DNA of 64,000 nucleotides from Candidatus Bathyarchaeia archaeon (lineage in GTDB: Archaea; Thermoproteota; Bathyarchaeia; Bathyarchaeales; Bathycorpusculaceae), in NCBI GenBank assembly GCA_049515895.1, contig JBEKTQ010000015.1, forward strand, positions 25,436 to 89,435, written 5' to 3'. The position numbers and the translations under genes are program-made. Of this stretch, positions 8,931 to 19,586 are shown piece after piece; position 1 is the stretch's first letter; each line of letters starts with the position of its first letter. The notes below the pieces were generated by a model that was not told where the DNA came from, made no database searches, and saw only the letters and a program-made list of their open reading frames with translations.

Positions 8931-9989
8931 TTAAACTTCTAGCTCCGAGTAGTCGCCTACATGCAGCTTGATGGTCCTGTTCCTCTGGTTCTTTGTCACT
9001 TTTGCGTTTTTTCCAATTAGACTGTCTTCCAGCCGCTCAATGTCTTTAACAATGACGTTTTCTTGTATAACGCAGTATTCGATGTTGGAGTTGACGACTT
9101 GCGACCCGTTGCCAACACTGGTGTATGGTCCAATGAATGAGTTTTCAATCAACGTGCCTCTTCCTATTACACATGGTCCTCTGATGGTACTATTCACAAC
9201 TTTGGCTTCTGGCTCAATCTTAACTCTGCCGTCTATTGAACTGTTTATTACTTGCCCTTTTACGTCAAGCGTGATGTATTCATCGAGGATCTTCGCGTTT
9301 GCCGATAGAATATCGTCTTTTTTACCTGTGTCCAGCCACCAAGAATTCAAGATTTCAGCTTTGACCTTGAAACCCATGTTTATCATTTCTTGGATAGCAT
9401 CAGTGATTTCCAGCTCTCCCCGCCAAGAGGGCTTTATCCGCTCTATCGCCTGGTGGATTTTGCCTGAGAAGAGATATGTGCCTATGATTGCAAGGTTACC
9501 CATCCGGGTCTGAGGCTTCTCAACCAATTTGAGTATGTTTCCTTTTTCATCAAGTTGAGCTATGCCAAAACTGGATGGGTTATCTACCTCTTTGAGGATG
9601 ATGAGTCCATCAAGATGTTCACTTTTGAATTTCTTCACAAACGAATTTAGTCCTTGACCAGTAACGTTGTCACCGAGGCACATGACGAAAGAATCTTGCC
9701 CCAAAAACCGTTTAGCAGTCTTAACCGCATGCGCTAAACCAAGCGGCTCTTGAGGAATATAGGTAACATCAATGCCCCATGCTGAACCATCGTTAACGTA
9801 GTCCTTAACGTATTGTCCAGTCTCGGGCGCAGTGATTATGCCGACTTTCTTTATTGTGGTCGACGCGACCTGGTCAAGAACGTACCCTAATATGGGTTTG
9901 TTAGCCACTGGAATGAGCTGTTTTGCGCAAGTGAAAGTCAAAGGTCTAAGACGAGTGCCTTTTCCCCCGCTGAGAACAAGTGCTTTCAT
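8931..9989 (-). CDS. rfbA: Glucose-1-phosphate thymidylyltransferase (long form)
   Basis: MKALVLSGGKGTRLRPLT, KQLIPVANKP, LVEKP, RGELEITDA; C-terminal hexapeptide-repeat region; ATG at 9989. Confidence 0.95.
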   Translation of the reverse strand: MKALVLSGGKGTRLRPLTFTCAKQLIPVANKPILGYVLDQVASTTIKKVGIITAPETGQYVKDYVNDGSAWGIDVTYIPQEPLGLAHAVKTAKRFLGQDSFVMCLGDNVTGQGLNSFVKKFKSEHLDGLIILKEVDNPSSFGIAQLDEKGNILKLVEKPQTRMGNLAIIGTYLFSGKIHQAIERIKPSWRGELEITDAIQEMINMGFKVKAEILNSWWLDTGKKDDILSANAKILDEYITLDVKGQVINSSIDGRVKIEPEAKVVNSTIRGPCVIGRGTLIENSFIGPYTSVGNGSQVVNSNIEYCVIQENVIVKDIERLEDSLIGKNAKVTKNQRNRTIKLHVGDYSELEV

Positions 9990-10082
9990 GTAAATCCCAA
10001 ATGCTAGTTTTAGTTTCAATTATAACCTGCTTTTTCACTTAAAGCTTACGTTAAAACAACCATTTACCCCAAATATTTTCTA

Positions 10083-11732
10083 CTAATCGGACGTTGCTTG
10101 TCTCGCAATCGAATAACGCGAATTAGACCCGCCCATTAATTTTTCAATGACATTTAACAGAAAACGTACGAGTCCTCGAAGAGGCCCGAGTGCATCTGAG
10201 ATTTGACGAAGAGTAGTTAGGTCCCCTCTGTCGATGGTCCGGGTTACTATGGCAGCCAAAACGAAGATTATCGGGAAAACAATTATTCCTATGACTAACT
10301 GTTCCAGCGGGACTGAGACAAACCTGAACGCAGCTAGAGGTAACTTCGAAATCAGAATGTAGGTTGAACCGGCGGCTATGCCTGAAGACAACAGAATCTT
10401 AACGGAAGACAACCAATCCACTGACACCCCGAATTTCTTCTTAAGGAAGCTTAGCCCAACGAATAAACTTGGTAGACCAACAGTTAAAGAAGTAGCAATT
10501 AACCCCACCACACCGAACTGAGAAATTAACAGGAAACCAACGGGAACACCAATCCCAACTTGAAGAACAGAAAGGCCCAGGTTGAATTTTGTGAATCCTT
10601 GTCCCAGCAGCAAGTTGCTTATACTTAGGCTTCCCAAAGCAGCGTAAAGATAAGTAACTGAAAGTAACGCCAAGAACAATGGAGCCGAGGAATAACTGTT
10701 GCGGTATATGAATCCGACGCCGGGTTGCGCAAGCGCAATAACCAAGGCTGCGACTGGCACGACAATAAGCGAGGCATACTTTACCGAATATTGAAATACA
10801 GTTTTCAGGGTATCATGATCTTTTCGGTAGTCCAGTTTCGAGAAAGCGGGAAATAACATGGTTGTGACGGGCGTAGCGAAGAAAGTTATTAGAATCGAGA
10901 AATTTATGGCCAAGTTGTAGTTTCCGATCAGGGCGTTATTTGTTACGTAAAATGCCAGTATGTAACTGTAGAATGCCGTCAGTAATCCGGTAAGTATGGT
11001 ACCGATCGAAACAGGAATGCCATATCCCAACATGGTTTTGATCGTCGAAATGATCTCAGTTCTTGTTGATGATTTAGGTAGCAATCTGTAGATACTCCAC
11101 ACTATAATTACTCCAGCTAGCCCAGCAATCAGGGCGGAAACGGTGTAACCTGTTATCGCTCCTAGAGTCCCAAAACCTAACAGTACAAGTCCAATTATCA
11201 AACCAGTTTTGATGGTTGACTGAATTATCAGCATGAAGCTGTAGTAGTGCATTATTTCCAGTCCGGTGAAAGCGGCAGTTGCGGAGTTCACCAGCGCCCC
11301 CGATAGGATAAAGAACGAGGCGATTTGAATTAACGGAACTATTGTGGGACGGTGCAGACTTGAGGCTATAAAAGGAGAAAGAGCAAATGAGAGGAGAGAA
11401 AGCGATAAGCCTAGCGCAATCTCGAAAACTAAACCTGAGACTATGATGCCTCTTATTCTTGTTTTGTCTTCAACGTTGTACTGCGCGGAGTATTTTACCA
11501 TAGCTGAGTTTACTCCGCAATCACGAAATGTGGCGATTAGTGTCGGTCCGACGAGGGCTATTGAGTATAAACCGTAGTTTTGTGCACCAAGAATGTAAGT
11601 GATTGCCAAGATTCCTACGAAAGAGATGACCGTGGAGGCAATTAGGCCCCACATAAGGTTGAAGCCGCCTCTTGCTGAAACCTTCGCCATCTCTGTGCCT
11701 TTACTCATGATTTTTCCCAAGTTTGTTCTCAA
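10083..11732 (-). CDS. Oligosaccharide flippase (Wzx/MATE-like)
   Basis: About 14 hydrophobic segments, LGAQNYGLYS, LFPAFSKL; in glycan locus. Confidence 0.85.
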   Translation of the reverse strand: MRTNLGKIMSKGTEMAKVSARGGFNLMWGLIASTVISFVGILAITYILGAQNYGLYSIALVGPTLIATFRDCGVNSAMVKYSAQYNVEDKTRIRGIIVSGLVFEIALGLSLSLLSFALSPFIASSLHRPTIVPLIQIASFFILSGALVNSATAAFTGLEIMHYYSFMLIIQSTIKTGLIIGLVLLGFGTLGAITGYTVSALIAGLAGVIIVWSIYRLLPKSSTRTEIISTIKTMLGYGIPVSIGTILTGLLTAFYSYILAFYVTNNALIGNYNLAINFSILITFFATPVTTMLFPAFSKLDYRKDHDTLKTVFQYSVKYASLIVVPVAALVIALAQPGVGFIYRNSYSSAPLFLALLSVTYLYAALGSLSISNLLLGQGFTKFNLGLSVLQVGIGVPVGFLLISQFGVVGLIATSLTVGLPSLFVGLSFLKKKFGVSVDWLSSVKILLSSGIAAGSTYILISKLPLAAFRFVSVPLEQLVIGIIVFPIIFVLAAIVTRTIDRGDLTTLRQISDALGPLRGLVRFLLNVIEKLMGGSNSRYSIARQATSD

Positions 11733-11914
11733 ATGTGAAGTTAAACTATCGATTGGGTACCCTTGCGTTTATCGCTTTTGGTTCAAAGCACCAAATTCAG
11801 AATTTAAAAGAAAATGCATTAAAATTTGCGTGCGAGAGTTTGAACGTACACATTGTTTCTTCTCAGGTTTTTTCAGGCATTCAAGTTCGCTTACAAAATG
11901 AATTTTGTTTCTTG

Positions 11915-13258
11915 TTAGCTGCCTAAGCCTAAGGCGACGAATTTGAGTTTCTTGCTGTATTTTTCGGGGTCGTATATGCGTCTTCCATCTATGAGTATAG
12001 GCTGCTTCATGTTCTTAGTATAGTCTTCAGGAGTAAGTTCTTTGAATTCCTTCCATTCAGTGACAATAATGGCGCAGTCCGCGTTTTTGATGCAGTCAAG
12101 CCCTGAAGCGGCATAGCGGATTTTGCCCTTAAAAATGAATTTTGCTGTTTGCGAGGCGACTGGGTCGTAGGCTGTTACGTCTGCCCCCTCTTTTAACAGC
12201 TGATTTATTATGGGGACAACTCGGGCTTCTCTCATGTCGTCAGTGTTGGGTTTGAATGCCAACCCTAAGATGGCGATTCTTTTGCCTTCTAAACTGCCGA
12301 GTTGCTGTTTGCAGAATTCTACGGCTTTGAGAGGTTGCGTGTGGTTTAAGTTTTCAACTGATTCCAAAAGATCAGGGGTATAGCCTAAGTTTTTTGAGCA
12401 TGCCATTAAGGCTCTCACGTCTTTAGGGAGACAGGAACCGCCATAACCTAAGCCCGCATCTAGGAATTTGGATCCAATGCGTTTATCTAAACCTATGGCT
12501 GCCGCAACCACTTTAACATCCACACCGGGTATTTTTTCGCAAATGTTGGCTATTGTATTGATGAAGCTGATTTTTGTGGCTAACATGGCGTTGCTCGCGT
12601 ATTTGATGAGTTCAGCTGTGGACAGGGTCGTTCTGATTAATGGGGGCATTTTGGCGCTGTAGAAGTCTCGGTATAAATCTTCCACGGCGTCGCCTGATCT
12701 TTTGTCATAGGAGCCTATTACGACGCGGTCAGCGTTTAGGGTATCTTCGAATGCGAATCCTTCACGTAGAAATTCGGGTTTCATGCATAGGCCAAAATGT
12801 GCCCCACAGGATTTGAGCGATTCCTTTTCAAGTATTGGTTTCACGATGTTTTGGGTCGTCCCCGGAATAACTGTGCTCTTGATTATTGTGATGTGGTAGT
12901 TGGTTTTCTTGATAAGCGCTTTGCCGATGTCGTGCGCGGCTAACTCGACGTATTTGAGGTCTATGCCTCCATCGTTCTTGCTTGGAGTCCCAACCGTGAC
13001 AAAAGTAAAGTCTGATTCGACGACAACTTTTTCGGTTTGATTAACAACGCATTTCAAATTGCCGCTCTCAACGCTTGCCTTAAGTTTTTCCTCAAGCCCG
13101 GGCTCATGAAAGGGTGGGATTCCTTGATTGATTTTTCTTGCCTTTGCCCTATCTACTTCACAGGCTGTAACTTTGTAGCCTTTGCTTGAGAAACCCACTG
13201 CCGTGCATAAGCCAACGTAACCTGCGCCTATGATGGAGATTTTCGGCTGGTTTTTCAA
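11915..13258 (-). CDS. ugd: UDP-glucose/GDP-mannose dehydrogenase family
   Basis: IGAGYVGL, VGTPS, KSTVIPGT, PEFLREG, AELIKYASN, GYGGSCLPKD, GLAFKPNTDDMRE. Confidence 0.93.
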   Translation of the reverse strand: MKNQPKISIIGAGYVGLCTAVGFSSKGYKVTACEVDRAKARKINQGIPPFHEPGLEEKLKASVESGNLKCVVNQTEKVVVESDFTFVTVGTPSKNDGGIDLKYVELAAHDIGKALIKKTNYHITIIKSTVIPGTTQNIVKPILEKESLKSCGAHFGLCMKPEFLREGFAFEDTLNADRVVIGSYDKRSGDAVEDLYRDFYSAKMPPLIRTTLSTAELIKYASNAMLATKISFINTIANICEKIPGVDVKVVAAAIGLDKRIGSKFLDAGLGYGGSCLPKDVRALMACSKNLGYTPDLLESVENLNHTQPLKAVEFCKQQLGSLEGKRIAILGLAFKPNTDDMREARVVPIINQLLKEGADVTAYDPVASQTAKFIFKGKIRYAASGLDCIKNADCAIIVTEWKEFKELTPEDYTKNMKQPILIDGRRIYDPEKYSKKLKFVALGLGS

Positions 13259-13352
13259 GAGGTAAGCCTCGGACGGGCGTTAATTTGAATTTAATAATCA
13301 GGTTAAATATATATGGGTTCATACTAAAAGAGAAAGGCAAAGGGCGAGGTCT

Positions 13353-14204
13353 ATGATCCGTAAGGTTATCGTCCCAGCTGCAGGGTTGGGCACGCGGCTA
13401 CTTCCAGCCACTAAAGAACAGCCTAAAGAGATGCTGCCGATTTTCACAAAGACACCTCTCGGCGATCTGGTGGTGAAGCCTGTCGTGCAACTGGTTTTTG
13501 AGCAGTTATATGACGCTGGACTGCGTGAGTTTTGTTATGTTGTCGGCAGAGGTAAACGCGCCATAGAGGATCATTTTACTCCTGATGAACACTGTATCAA
13601 AACGCTGGAAAGCCTAGGGAAAAGCGGGCAAGCTGTTGATCTTAAGAGTTTTTATGACAAGCTTAATTCTTCCACGACGATGTGGGTTAATCAACCTGAG
13701 CCAAAAGGTTTTGGCAACGCAGTTTTGATGGCTGAACCTTTCGTTGGGAATGAAAGCTGCCTTGTTCACGCAGGGGACAGTTGCATAATTTCGAAAGATA
13801 TGGATTATTTGAAAAAGTTGGTTGAAGCTTTTGAGCGGCTGAAGGCGGACGCGGCATTCGTTGTTTTGGATATTGAGAATCCCAAGAAATATGGGGTTGT
13901 TGAAGGTGACGAGGTAGAGCCTGGGATAATTAGTGTTAGGGCAGTGGTTGAGAAACCTGAGAAGCCCAAGACGCGTTGGGCAATTATAGCCATATACGCT
14001 TTTCAGCCTGTAATCTTCAAGGCGTTGGAAAACACAAGGCCGGGAAAGAACGGCGAGATCCAGCTTACCGACGCAATCCAAAAGCTAGTTGACTGGGGTT
14101 TGAAGGTGTACGCTGTAAAGCTTGAAAACAGCTACGGTCATCTGGATATTGGCAGTCCAGAAGGATATTGGCAATCTTTGGAACTGTCTCATCGCGTTTT
14201 ATAG
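13353..14204 (+). CDS. galU: UTP-glucose-1-phosphate uridylyltransferase
   Basis: PAAGLGTRLLPATKEQPKEMLPI, VEKP, GEIQLTDAI. Confidence 0.9.
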   Translation: MIRKVIVPAAGLGTRLLPATKEQPKEMLPIFTKTPLGDLVVKPVVQLVFEQLYDAGLREFCYVVGRGKRAIEDHFTPDEHCIKTLESLGKSGQAVDLKSFYDKLNSSTTMWVNQPEPKGFGNAVLMAEPFVGNESCLVHAGDSCIISKDMDYLKKLVEAFERLKADAAFVVLDIENPKKYGVVEGDEVEPGIISVRAVVEKPEKPKTRWAIIAIYAFQPVIFKALENTRPGKNGEIQLTDAIQKLVDWGLKVYAVKLENSYGHLDIGSPEGYWQSLELSHRVL

Positions 14205-14359
14205 GAGACCAATTCCTTGTGGATAAAAAATCATGGAAAATCTAGAAGAGATAAAGGCGCGGCTTAATTCACTTTTTCATTATTGCTGCTTGGTAGTTCT
14301 CCCGAAGGTCCACATGACTATTTCAAAGAGTTATTCAAGATTGCAACCTAAAATTTAAA

Positions 14360-15325
14360 TTATGATTTACTCACATGTTGCTTGTACCATTCAACAGTTT
14401 TTTCTAATCCTTCAGCAAAATCCATTTTAGCCTCAAACCCAAACTCTGCTCTTGCTCTCGTTACATCTAAACATCTTCGTGGTTGACCATCTGGTTTAGA
14501 AGTATCCCAGATTATTTGGCCCTTGAATCCTGAAATTTTGGCTACAGTGCCTACAAGCTCTTTTATCGTTATTTCTTTTCCTGCTCCGAGGTTAACCGGG
14601 GCTGGCTTATCATATTTTTCTGCAGCGGTTATAATTCCTTCTGCCGCATCGTCTACGTACAAAAATTCCCGTGATGCTGCACCTGTTCCCCAAACCACTA
14701 CTTTTTCTTCTCCCTTTTCAGTTGCATCTACGAATTTTTTTATAACAGCCGGAATAACATGTGATGATTCAGGATTAAAGTTATCACCAGGCCCATAGAG
14801 GTTTACAGGGAGTAAATAGATAATGTTCATACCATATTGTTGCCTGTACGCTTGGGCCATCACAAGAAGTGCTTTCTTAGCAATGCCGTACGGGGCATTT
14901 GTTTCCTCAGGATATCCGTTCCACAGATCATCCTCTCTAAATGGTACGGGCGTAAATTTCGGATACGCACATACTGTTCCAATTTGAACGAATTTCTTTG
15001 CTTTAGAAATTCTAGCGGCTTCTATGAGCTGGGTACCCATCAGGATATTATCGTAAAACAGCGCTCCAGGATATTTCTGATTATACCCTATCCCGCCTAC
15101 ACGTGCAGCAAGATGAATAACTACGTCAGCGTTTTCCACAACTTTTTGGCAATTATCCCATATTCTTAAATCGAAATCTCGGCTTCGCGGAATGAAAATT
15201 TGATTTGGACGAACCTCCCTTTTGTGAAGTAGATTTTCAACTATATGATTGCCTAAGAATCCAGCGCCACCTGTTAATAAGATCTTTTTATCCTTCCAAA
15301 AGATTGTCAATCTATTTTCCACCAT
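14360..15325 (-). CDS. fcl: GDP-L-fucose synthase
   Basis: [56 protein letters not shown]. Confidence 0.93.
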   Translation of the reverse strand: MVENRLTIFWKDKKILLTGGAGFLGNHIVENLLHKREVRPNQIFIPRSRDFDLRIWDNCQKVVENADVVIHLAARVGGIGYNQKYPGALFYDNILMGTQLIEAARISKAKKFVQIGTVCAYPKFTPVPFREDDLWNGYPEETNAPYGIAKKALLVMAQAYRQQYGMNIIYLLPVNLYGPGDNFNPESSHVIPAVIKKFVDATEKGEEKVVVWGTGAASREFLYVDDAAEGIITAAEKYDKPAPVNLGAGKEITIKELVGTVAKISGFKGQIIWDTSKPDGQPRRCLDVTRARAEFGFEAKMDFAEGLEKTVEWYKQHVSKS

Positions 15326-16350
15326 CGATTTGGAAAGTTTTTACGCAGTATTTTGTCGCCTTCCCCCATAGGCTTTAATCCGATTTTGCGCATGTCGGCA
15401 TCAACCATAATCTTGACCAAGTCTTTGAACCGTATCTTGGGTTCCCACCCAAGAACTTTCTTGATTTTTCTTGAGTCAGCAGCGAGATCTTCCGTTTCAG
15501 TTGGTCTAAAATATTTCTGGTCAGTTTTTACAAATTCTTCCCAGTTCAACCCGGCGTAGCAGAACGCTTGTTCGACAAACTCTTGCACAGAATGCTGCTC
15601 CCCAGTCCCTACGACGAAATCATCTGCTTTGTCTTGTTGAAGAATTTGCCACATAACTTCAACATATTCTGGAGCAAAGCCCCAGTCTCGCTTAGGTTCA
15701 AGATTACCGAGAAATAATGCTTGCTGTTTTTTGGCGACGATATTTGCAATTGCCATAGTAATTTTTCTGGTAACAAATATTTCACCTCTACGCGGTGATT
15801 CATGGTTAAAAAGAATACCATTGCAAGCAAACAGTTTATAGCCCAGCCGATAATTTTTGGTCATCCAAAAGGCATAAACTTTGGCCGCAGCATAGGGACT
15901 TGTTGGAGAAAAGGGTGTATTTTCGTTTTGAGGAGAAGAAGCTCGCCCAAACATTTCACTGCTAGACGCTTGATAGTACTTTATGTTATTTCCGCTACGT
16001 CTTATTGACTCGAGTATTCTAGTGGAGCCTAGAGCAGTTACGTTTGCGGTATATTCTGGCATACTGAAACTTACTTTAACATGACTTTGAGCGGCTAAAT
16101 GATATACTTCCTCAGGTTTGACATTGTAGAGAATATCTGAAACTTGTTCAGAGTCAGATAAATCGCCATAGTGCAAGAAAAGTCTTGCGTTTAGTTCGTG
16201 AGGATCGACATATATATGATTAATTCTTTCTGTGTTAAATGTGCTTGCTCGCCTTATAATTCCATGCACTTCATAGTCCTTTGAAAGCAAAAACTCAGCC
16301 AAATAAGAACCATCTTGTCCGGTGATTCCCGTAATCAGTGCTTTCTTCAT
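15307..16350 (-). CDS. gmd: GDP-mannose 4,6-dehydratase
   Basis: [39 protein letters not shown]. Confidence 0.96.
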   Translation of the reverse strand: MKKALITGITGQDGSYLAEFLLSKDYEVHGIIRRASTFNTERINHIYVDPHELNARLFLHYGDLSDSEQVSDILYNVKPEEVYHLAAQSHVKVSFSMPEYTANVTALGSTRILESIRRSGNNIKYYQASSSEMFGRASSPQNENTPFSPTSPYAAAKVYAFWMTKNYRLGYKLFACNGILFNHESPRRGEIFVTRKITMAIANIVAKKQQALFLGNLEPKRDWGFAPEYVEVMWQILQQDKADDFVVGTGEQHSVQEFVEQAFCYAGLNWEEFVKTDQKYFRPTETEDLAADSRKIKKVLGWEPKIRFKDLVKIMVDADMRKIGLKPMGEGDKILRKNFPNRWWKID

Positions 16351-16525
16351 TCATGCTCACTGTCTTAAGATTTGTCCTTCGGGTTATTTTAACATTGTAT
16401 AAATGGGATTTGTGAGGTTATGAAGTTTCAGAAAAAGGCTTTCAGTAAATTTTTGAGGAACAGTAAATCTATCTTAGTTATCAATTAGAAAAATATTTTC
16501 CGCAAATTACCAGAAATTTTCAATT

Positions 16526-17689
16526 TTAACAATTAGCTAATGTTCCTTTTAGAAAAGAAATAATTTTATCCACTTCAGGAATTGTCAAGTCTGGATAAAT
16601 TGGAAGACACAAAATTCCATTTGATATTTTGCATGAATTTATTAATCGATATTCATTAACCAAATCATCTTTATTTCCTTTAAAATAATCAAAGTCAACA
16701 GTAAGAGGGAAGAAATACTTCCTCGATTTGATTTGATGCTTGAGAAGCACTGAATAGATTTTGTCTCTCTTTTCCTTGCTTTCAAAACAAACAGGCATGT
16801 AACTGTAATTGTATTTTGAAGAGATAATCTTCTGGAATTTTATGCCGCTTAGCCGCGACAATTCTTCGACATAATGTTCGTAAAGCAGTCGTCTGCGCCC
16901 AATTGCTCCCTCAACAGTTTCGAGATTACACAAACCCATTGCAGCTTGAAACTCACTCATCTTAGCATTAGTACCAGGAAGAACAACCTCTTCCTCAGAC
17001 TTGATACCATGATTTCTCATAAGAATTAGCGTTTCAAATATTTTTTCTTCTTTAGCAACAACCGCACCGCCCTCAATCGTATTAAAAACTTTGGTAGCAT
17101 GAAAACTCAATGTCGAAGCGTCACCAAAGTCGGTTATAGGCTGATTCTCGTACTCGACTCCAAAGGCATGAGCAGCGTCGTAAATGATTTTTAAGTTATG
17201 TTTATCTGCAATTTCTTGCAAGTGATTTACATAACAAGGATTACCATAAACATGGACAGGAAGTATAGCCGTAGTCTTATTAGTTATTTTCTTTTCCACA
17301 TCAATTGGGTCAATATTGTAGGTTGTTGGATCTATATCTGCAAAAACGGGAGTTAATCCTTCCCATAGCAAAACATTTGTAGTTGCAGCAAACGTAAAGG
17401 GAGTTGTAATAACTTCACCTTTGATGCCAAATGCTTTCAACGCAGTGTGAAGAGTCAGAGTACCATTCGACATGAGCACTAGGTTTTTGACCTTTAGATA
17501 ATCTTCTAATTTTCTCCTAAGTAATTGTACAAACTCACCGTCGTTTGTCAACCAACAATTGGCCCATATTTTTCTCAAGTAATAAATATATTTATCGATA
17601 GGCGGCAAATCAGTTCTAGTCACATTTATTAACGGAGACCCGACCTGTTTTTTTGGTTCGATAGATTTCGCTTCGCCGTTATTGATCAA
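16526..17689 (-). CDS. DegT/DnrJ/EryC1/StrS sugar aminotransferase (VioA-like)
   Basis: NGTLTL, TTPFTFAAT, VHVYGNPC, YDAAHAFG, SFHATKVFNTIEGG, GTNAKMSEFQAAMG. Confidence 0.9.
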   Translation of the reverse strand: MINNGEAKSIEPKKQVGSPLINVTRTDLPPIDKYIYYLRKIWANCWLTNDGEFVQLLRRKLEDYLKVKNLVLMSNGTLTLHTALKAFGIKGEVITTPFTFAATTNVLLWEGLTPVFADIDPTTYNIDPIDVEKKITNKTTAILPVHVYGNPCYVNHLQEIADKHNLKIIYDAAHAFGVEYENQPITDFGDASTLSFHATKVFNTIEGGAVVAKEEKIFETLILMRNHGIKSEEEVVLPGTNAKMSEFQAAMGLCNLETVEGAIGRRRLLYEHYVEELSRLSGIKFQKIISSKYNYSYMPVCFESKEKRDKIYSVLLKHQIKSRKYFFPLTVDFDYFKGNKDDLVNEYRLINSCKISNGILCLPIYPDLTIPEVDKIISFLKGTLANC

Positions 17690-18242
17690 AAAACGAATCT
17701 CCCTTCATTGCTTCAACCGTGTAATGAATAGGCATAAGATCCCGTTTCGGGGTGGGAAGGGATTTTATTTTTACACTTGAAAATTCTGAAAGCAACGTCC
17801 TTAAGCCATATTCGCTAAAACGCCAGCAATCAGGCAACGGACCATGAATCCGAAAATTAAAAGGGACCGTTAAAAGCAAAATACCCCCTGGCTTCAATAA
17901 TCTCAAAATTTCTTTGATCGCTGAAAAAGGATTCAAAGTATGTTCTATAACTTCCGTGCAAACTACTACATCGAACTTTCCATCAGGCATAAATCTATTG
18001 TATTTGGTAATATCGGCAATATACTTTGCCCCTGAATTTGGGTCAATATCCAGGGTCTCAATTTTGGCTTTTTTAAAATAAGCCTTTGCACCCTCGTGAA
18101 TCTGTGGAGCAATATCTAAAACCAAACGTTCTGGAGAATCATATTTTTCAGCAGCAACTATTAAAAATCTACTTATGTTATTCCGAATTTTAGTATAACA
18201 TTCTCGGTCGAATTTGCTCACTACGGCGCGCTTAGTATTCAT
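17679..18242 (-). CDS. Class I SAM-dependent methyltransferase (glycan-locus type)
   Basis: VLDIAP, FDVVVCTEVIEH, LLKPGG, HGPLPDCWRF. Confidence 0.8.
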   Translation of the reverse strand: MNTKRAVVSKFDRECYTKIRNNISRFLIVAAEKYDSPERLVLDIAPQIHEGAKAYFKKAKIETLDIDPNSGAKYIADITKYNRFMPDGKFDVVVCTEVIEHTLNPFSAIKEILRLLKPGGILLLTVPFNFRIHGPLPDCWRFSEYGLRTLLSEFSSVKIKSLPTPKRDLMPIHYTVEAMKGDSFFDQ

Positions 18243-19532
18243 TTAAACCCGCTCGTCAAACAATAATTCAATCATGCTACAATCGAAAGTAGGTATTTTA
18301 AGTTTAGAAAAAACTGATTTGCGCTCGGAAAAACTGTCATCAATGAAAATTGCATCTTCTGGGTCAATAAAATCTGCTTTAGATTCATTCTTACGAAGCC
18401 AAATAACTTCATCGAAAATATTTCCAAGTCGCCATTTCTTGAGGGTAGGACCAAGTTTGTCAGCAGATTTTGTTATTAAGATAATTTTGCAACCTTTATT
18501 AATTGCTTGAAACAAAAAACTGATTAGACAAGTATTCACTTTGTCGTCAATAATTAAAGTGTCATCCAAATCGACGTACACCTTGTTGTATCGGATATTG
18601 TGCTTGTATCTATTAATTAAGGCGCGATCGATTTCAAGATCATAACTATTTGCCATTATCTCTATGTTCAAGGCTTCTGCTTCATAAATACTTAACAACG
18701 GGAAATTGACGCCCAATACCCTGTTCGTTGCCATAGTTCCACTAATTCTTGGAGCGATTTCAAGCAATTTTACGATTCCCGAATTTGAAATCTTCAATTG
18801 AAAGAACCAAGCACCATGAAATTCCAATTCCTTTGAAATGATATTTGCAATTTTTTGAAATTCCATATTGGTCTTGTTATCTATCGGTTTGCTATTCATC
18901 GATATTCCTGCTTTGATTCGGACTCTTTCTCTGCCTCTGCAGAAAAGTAGACCTTTCCGTCTATCCGTGAAACAATCTACCGTGTATTCTTTACCAGGGA
19001 GATATTCTAAAATCAATAAATCCGGGGTATTTTCCAAAATCATTTCAAGAGCTTTTGGATTTTCTACTTTAGAAGCATCTTGGGAGCCTTGACCTCTGTC
19101 AGGTTTTACGAATACAGGGAAATCGGTAACATCAGAAGGGTCATTAAAAACCTTGGGAACAGGTAACAAGTCTTTGAATTTTTCGTAAGTCCTGGATTTA
19201 TATCTACATATCAAACAAGTTTCTAAAGGAGAAGAAATTATTCTTGCTTTAATATTTTTACTGTTTTGAACCAAAGCTAAAATTATATCATCGTAAGCTG
19301 GAAATAAATAGTCTATTTTGTACTTTTCTGTTAAATCATTTAAAGTTCTAATCCATGCGCCCTCGTAAATACTAGGAATTATGAAATGATTATTAAAAAC
19401 AAATGAAGCATGATTTGATACATCGCTCCCTGCCGAATAAAGCTGAACGTCTTTACAGAACTGAAGAGATTTGTGTATTTCTAATCCGATTTCAGAGCCA
19501 CCCGGAAATATTAACACGTTTTTCTTGTCCAA
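18243..19532 (-). CDS. ATP-grasp domain protein with C-terminal HAD-like domain
   Basis: FPVFVKPDRGQGS, EYLPGKEYTVD, LLEIAPRISG; C-term YVDLDDTL ... FIDDSFSER. Confidence 0.8.
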   Translation of the reverse strand: MDKKNVLIFPGGSEIGLEIHKSLQFCKDVQLYSAGSDVSNHASFVFNNHFIIPSIYEGAWIRTLNDLTEKYKIDYLFPAYDDIILALVQNSKNIKARIISSPLETCLICRYKSRTYEKFKDLLPVPKVFNDPSDVTDFPVFVKPDRGQGSQDASKVENPKALEMILENTPDLLILEYLPGKEYTVDCFTDRRKGLLFCRGRERVRIKAGISMNSKPIDNKTNMEFQKIANIISKELEFHGAWFFQLKISNSGIVKLLEIAPRISGTMATNRVLGVNFPLLSIYEAEALNIEIMANSYDLEIDRALINRYKHNIRYNKVYVDLDDTLIIDDKVNTCLISFLFQAINKGCKIILITKSADKLGPTLKKWRLGNIFDEVIWLRKNESKADFIDPEDAIFIDDSFSERKSVFSKLKIPTFDCSMIELLFDERV

Positions 19533-19586
19533 AGTCTAACGCCTCAAGATAGTGACCAAAGAAACCAAAGCACGATTTTTTGTACG

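Noticed and set aside
12775-12790. Ugd motif reads MKPEFLREG instead of the usual NPEFLREG
   Set aside because: A single base change explains it; catalytic Cys and Lys are intact, so significance cannot be judged.
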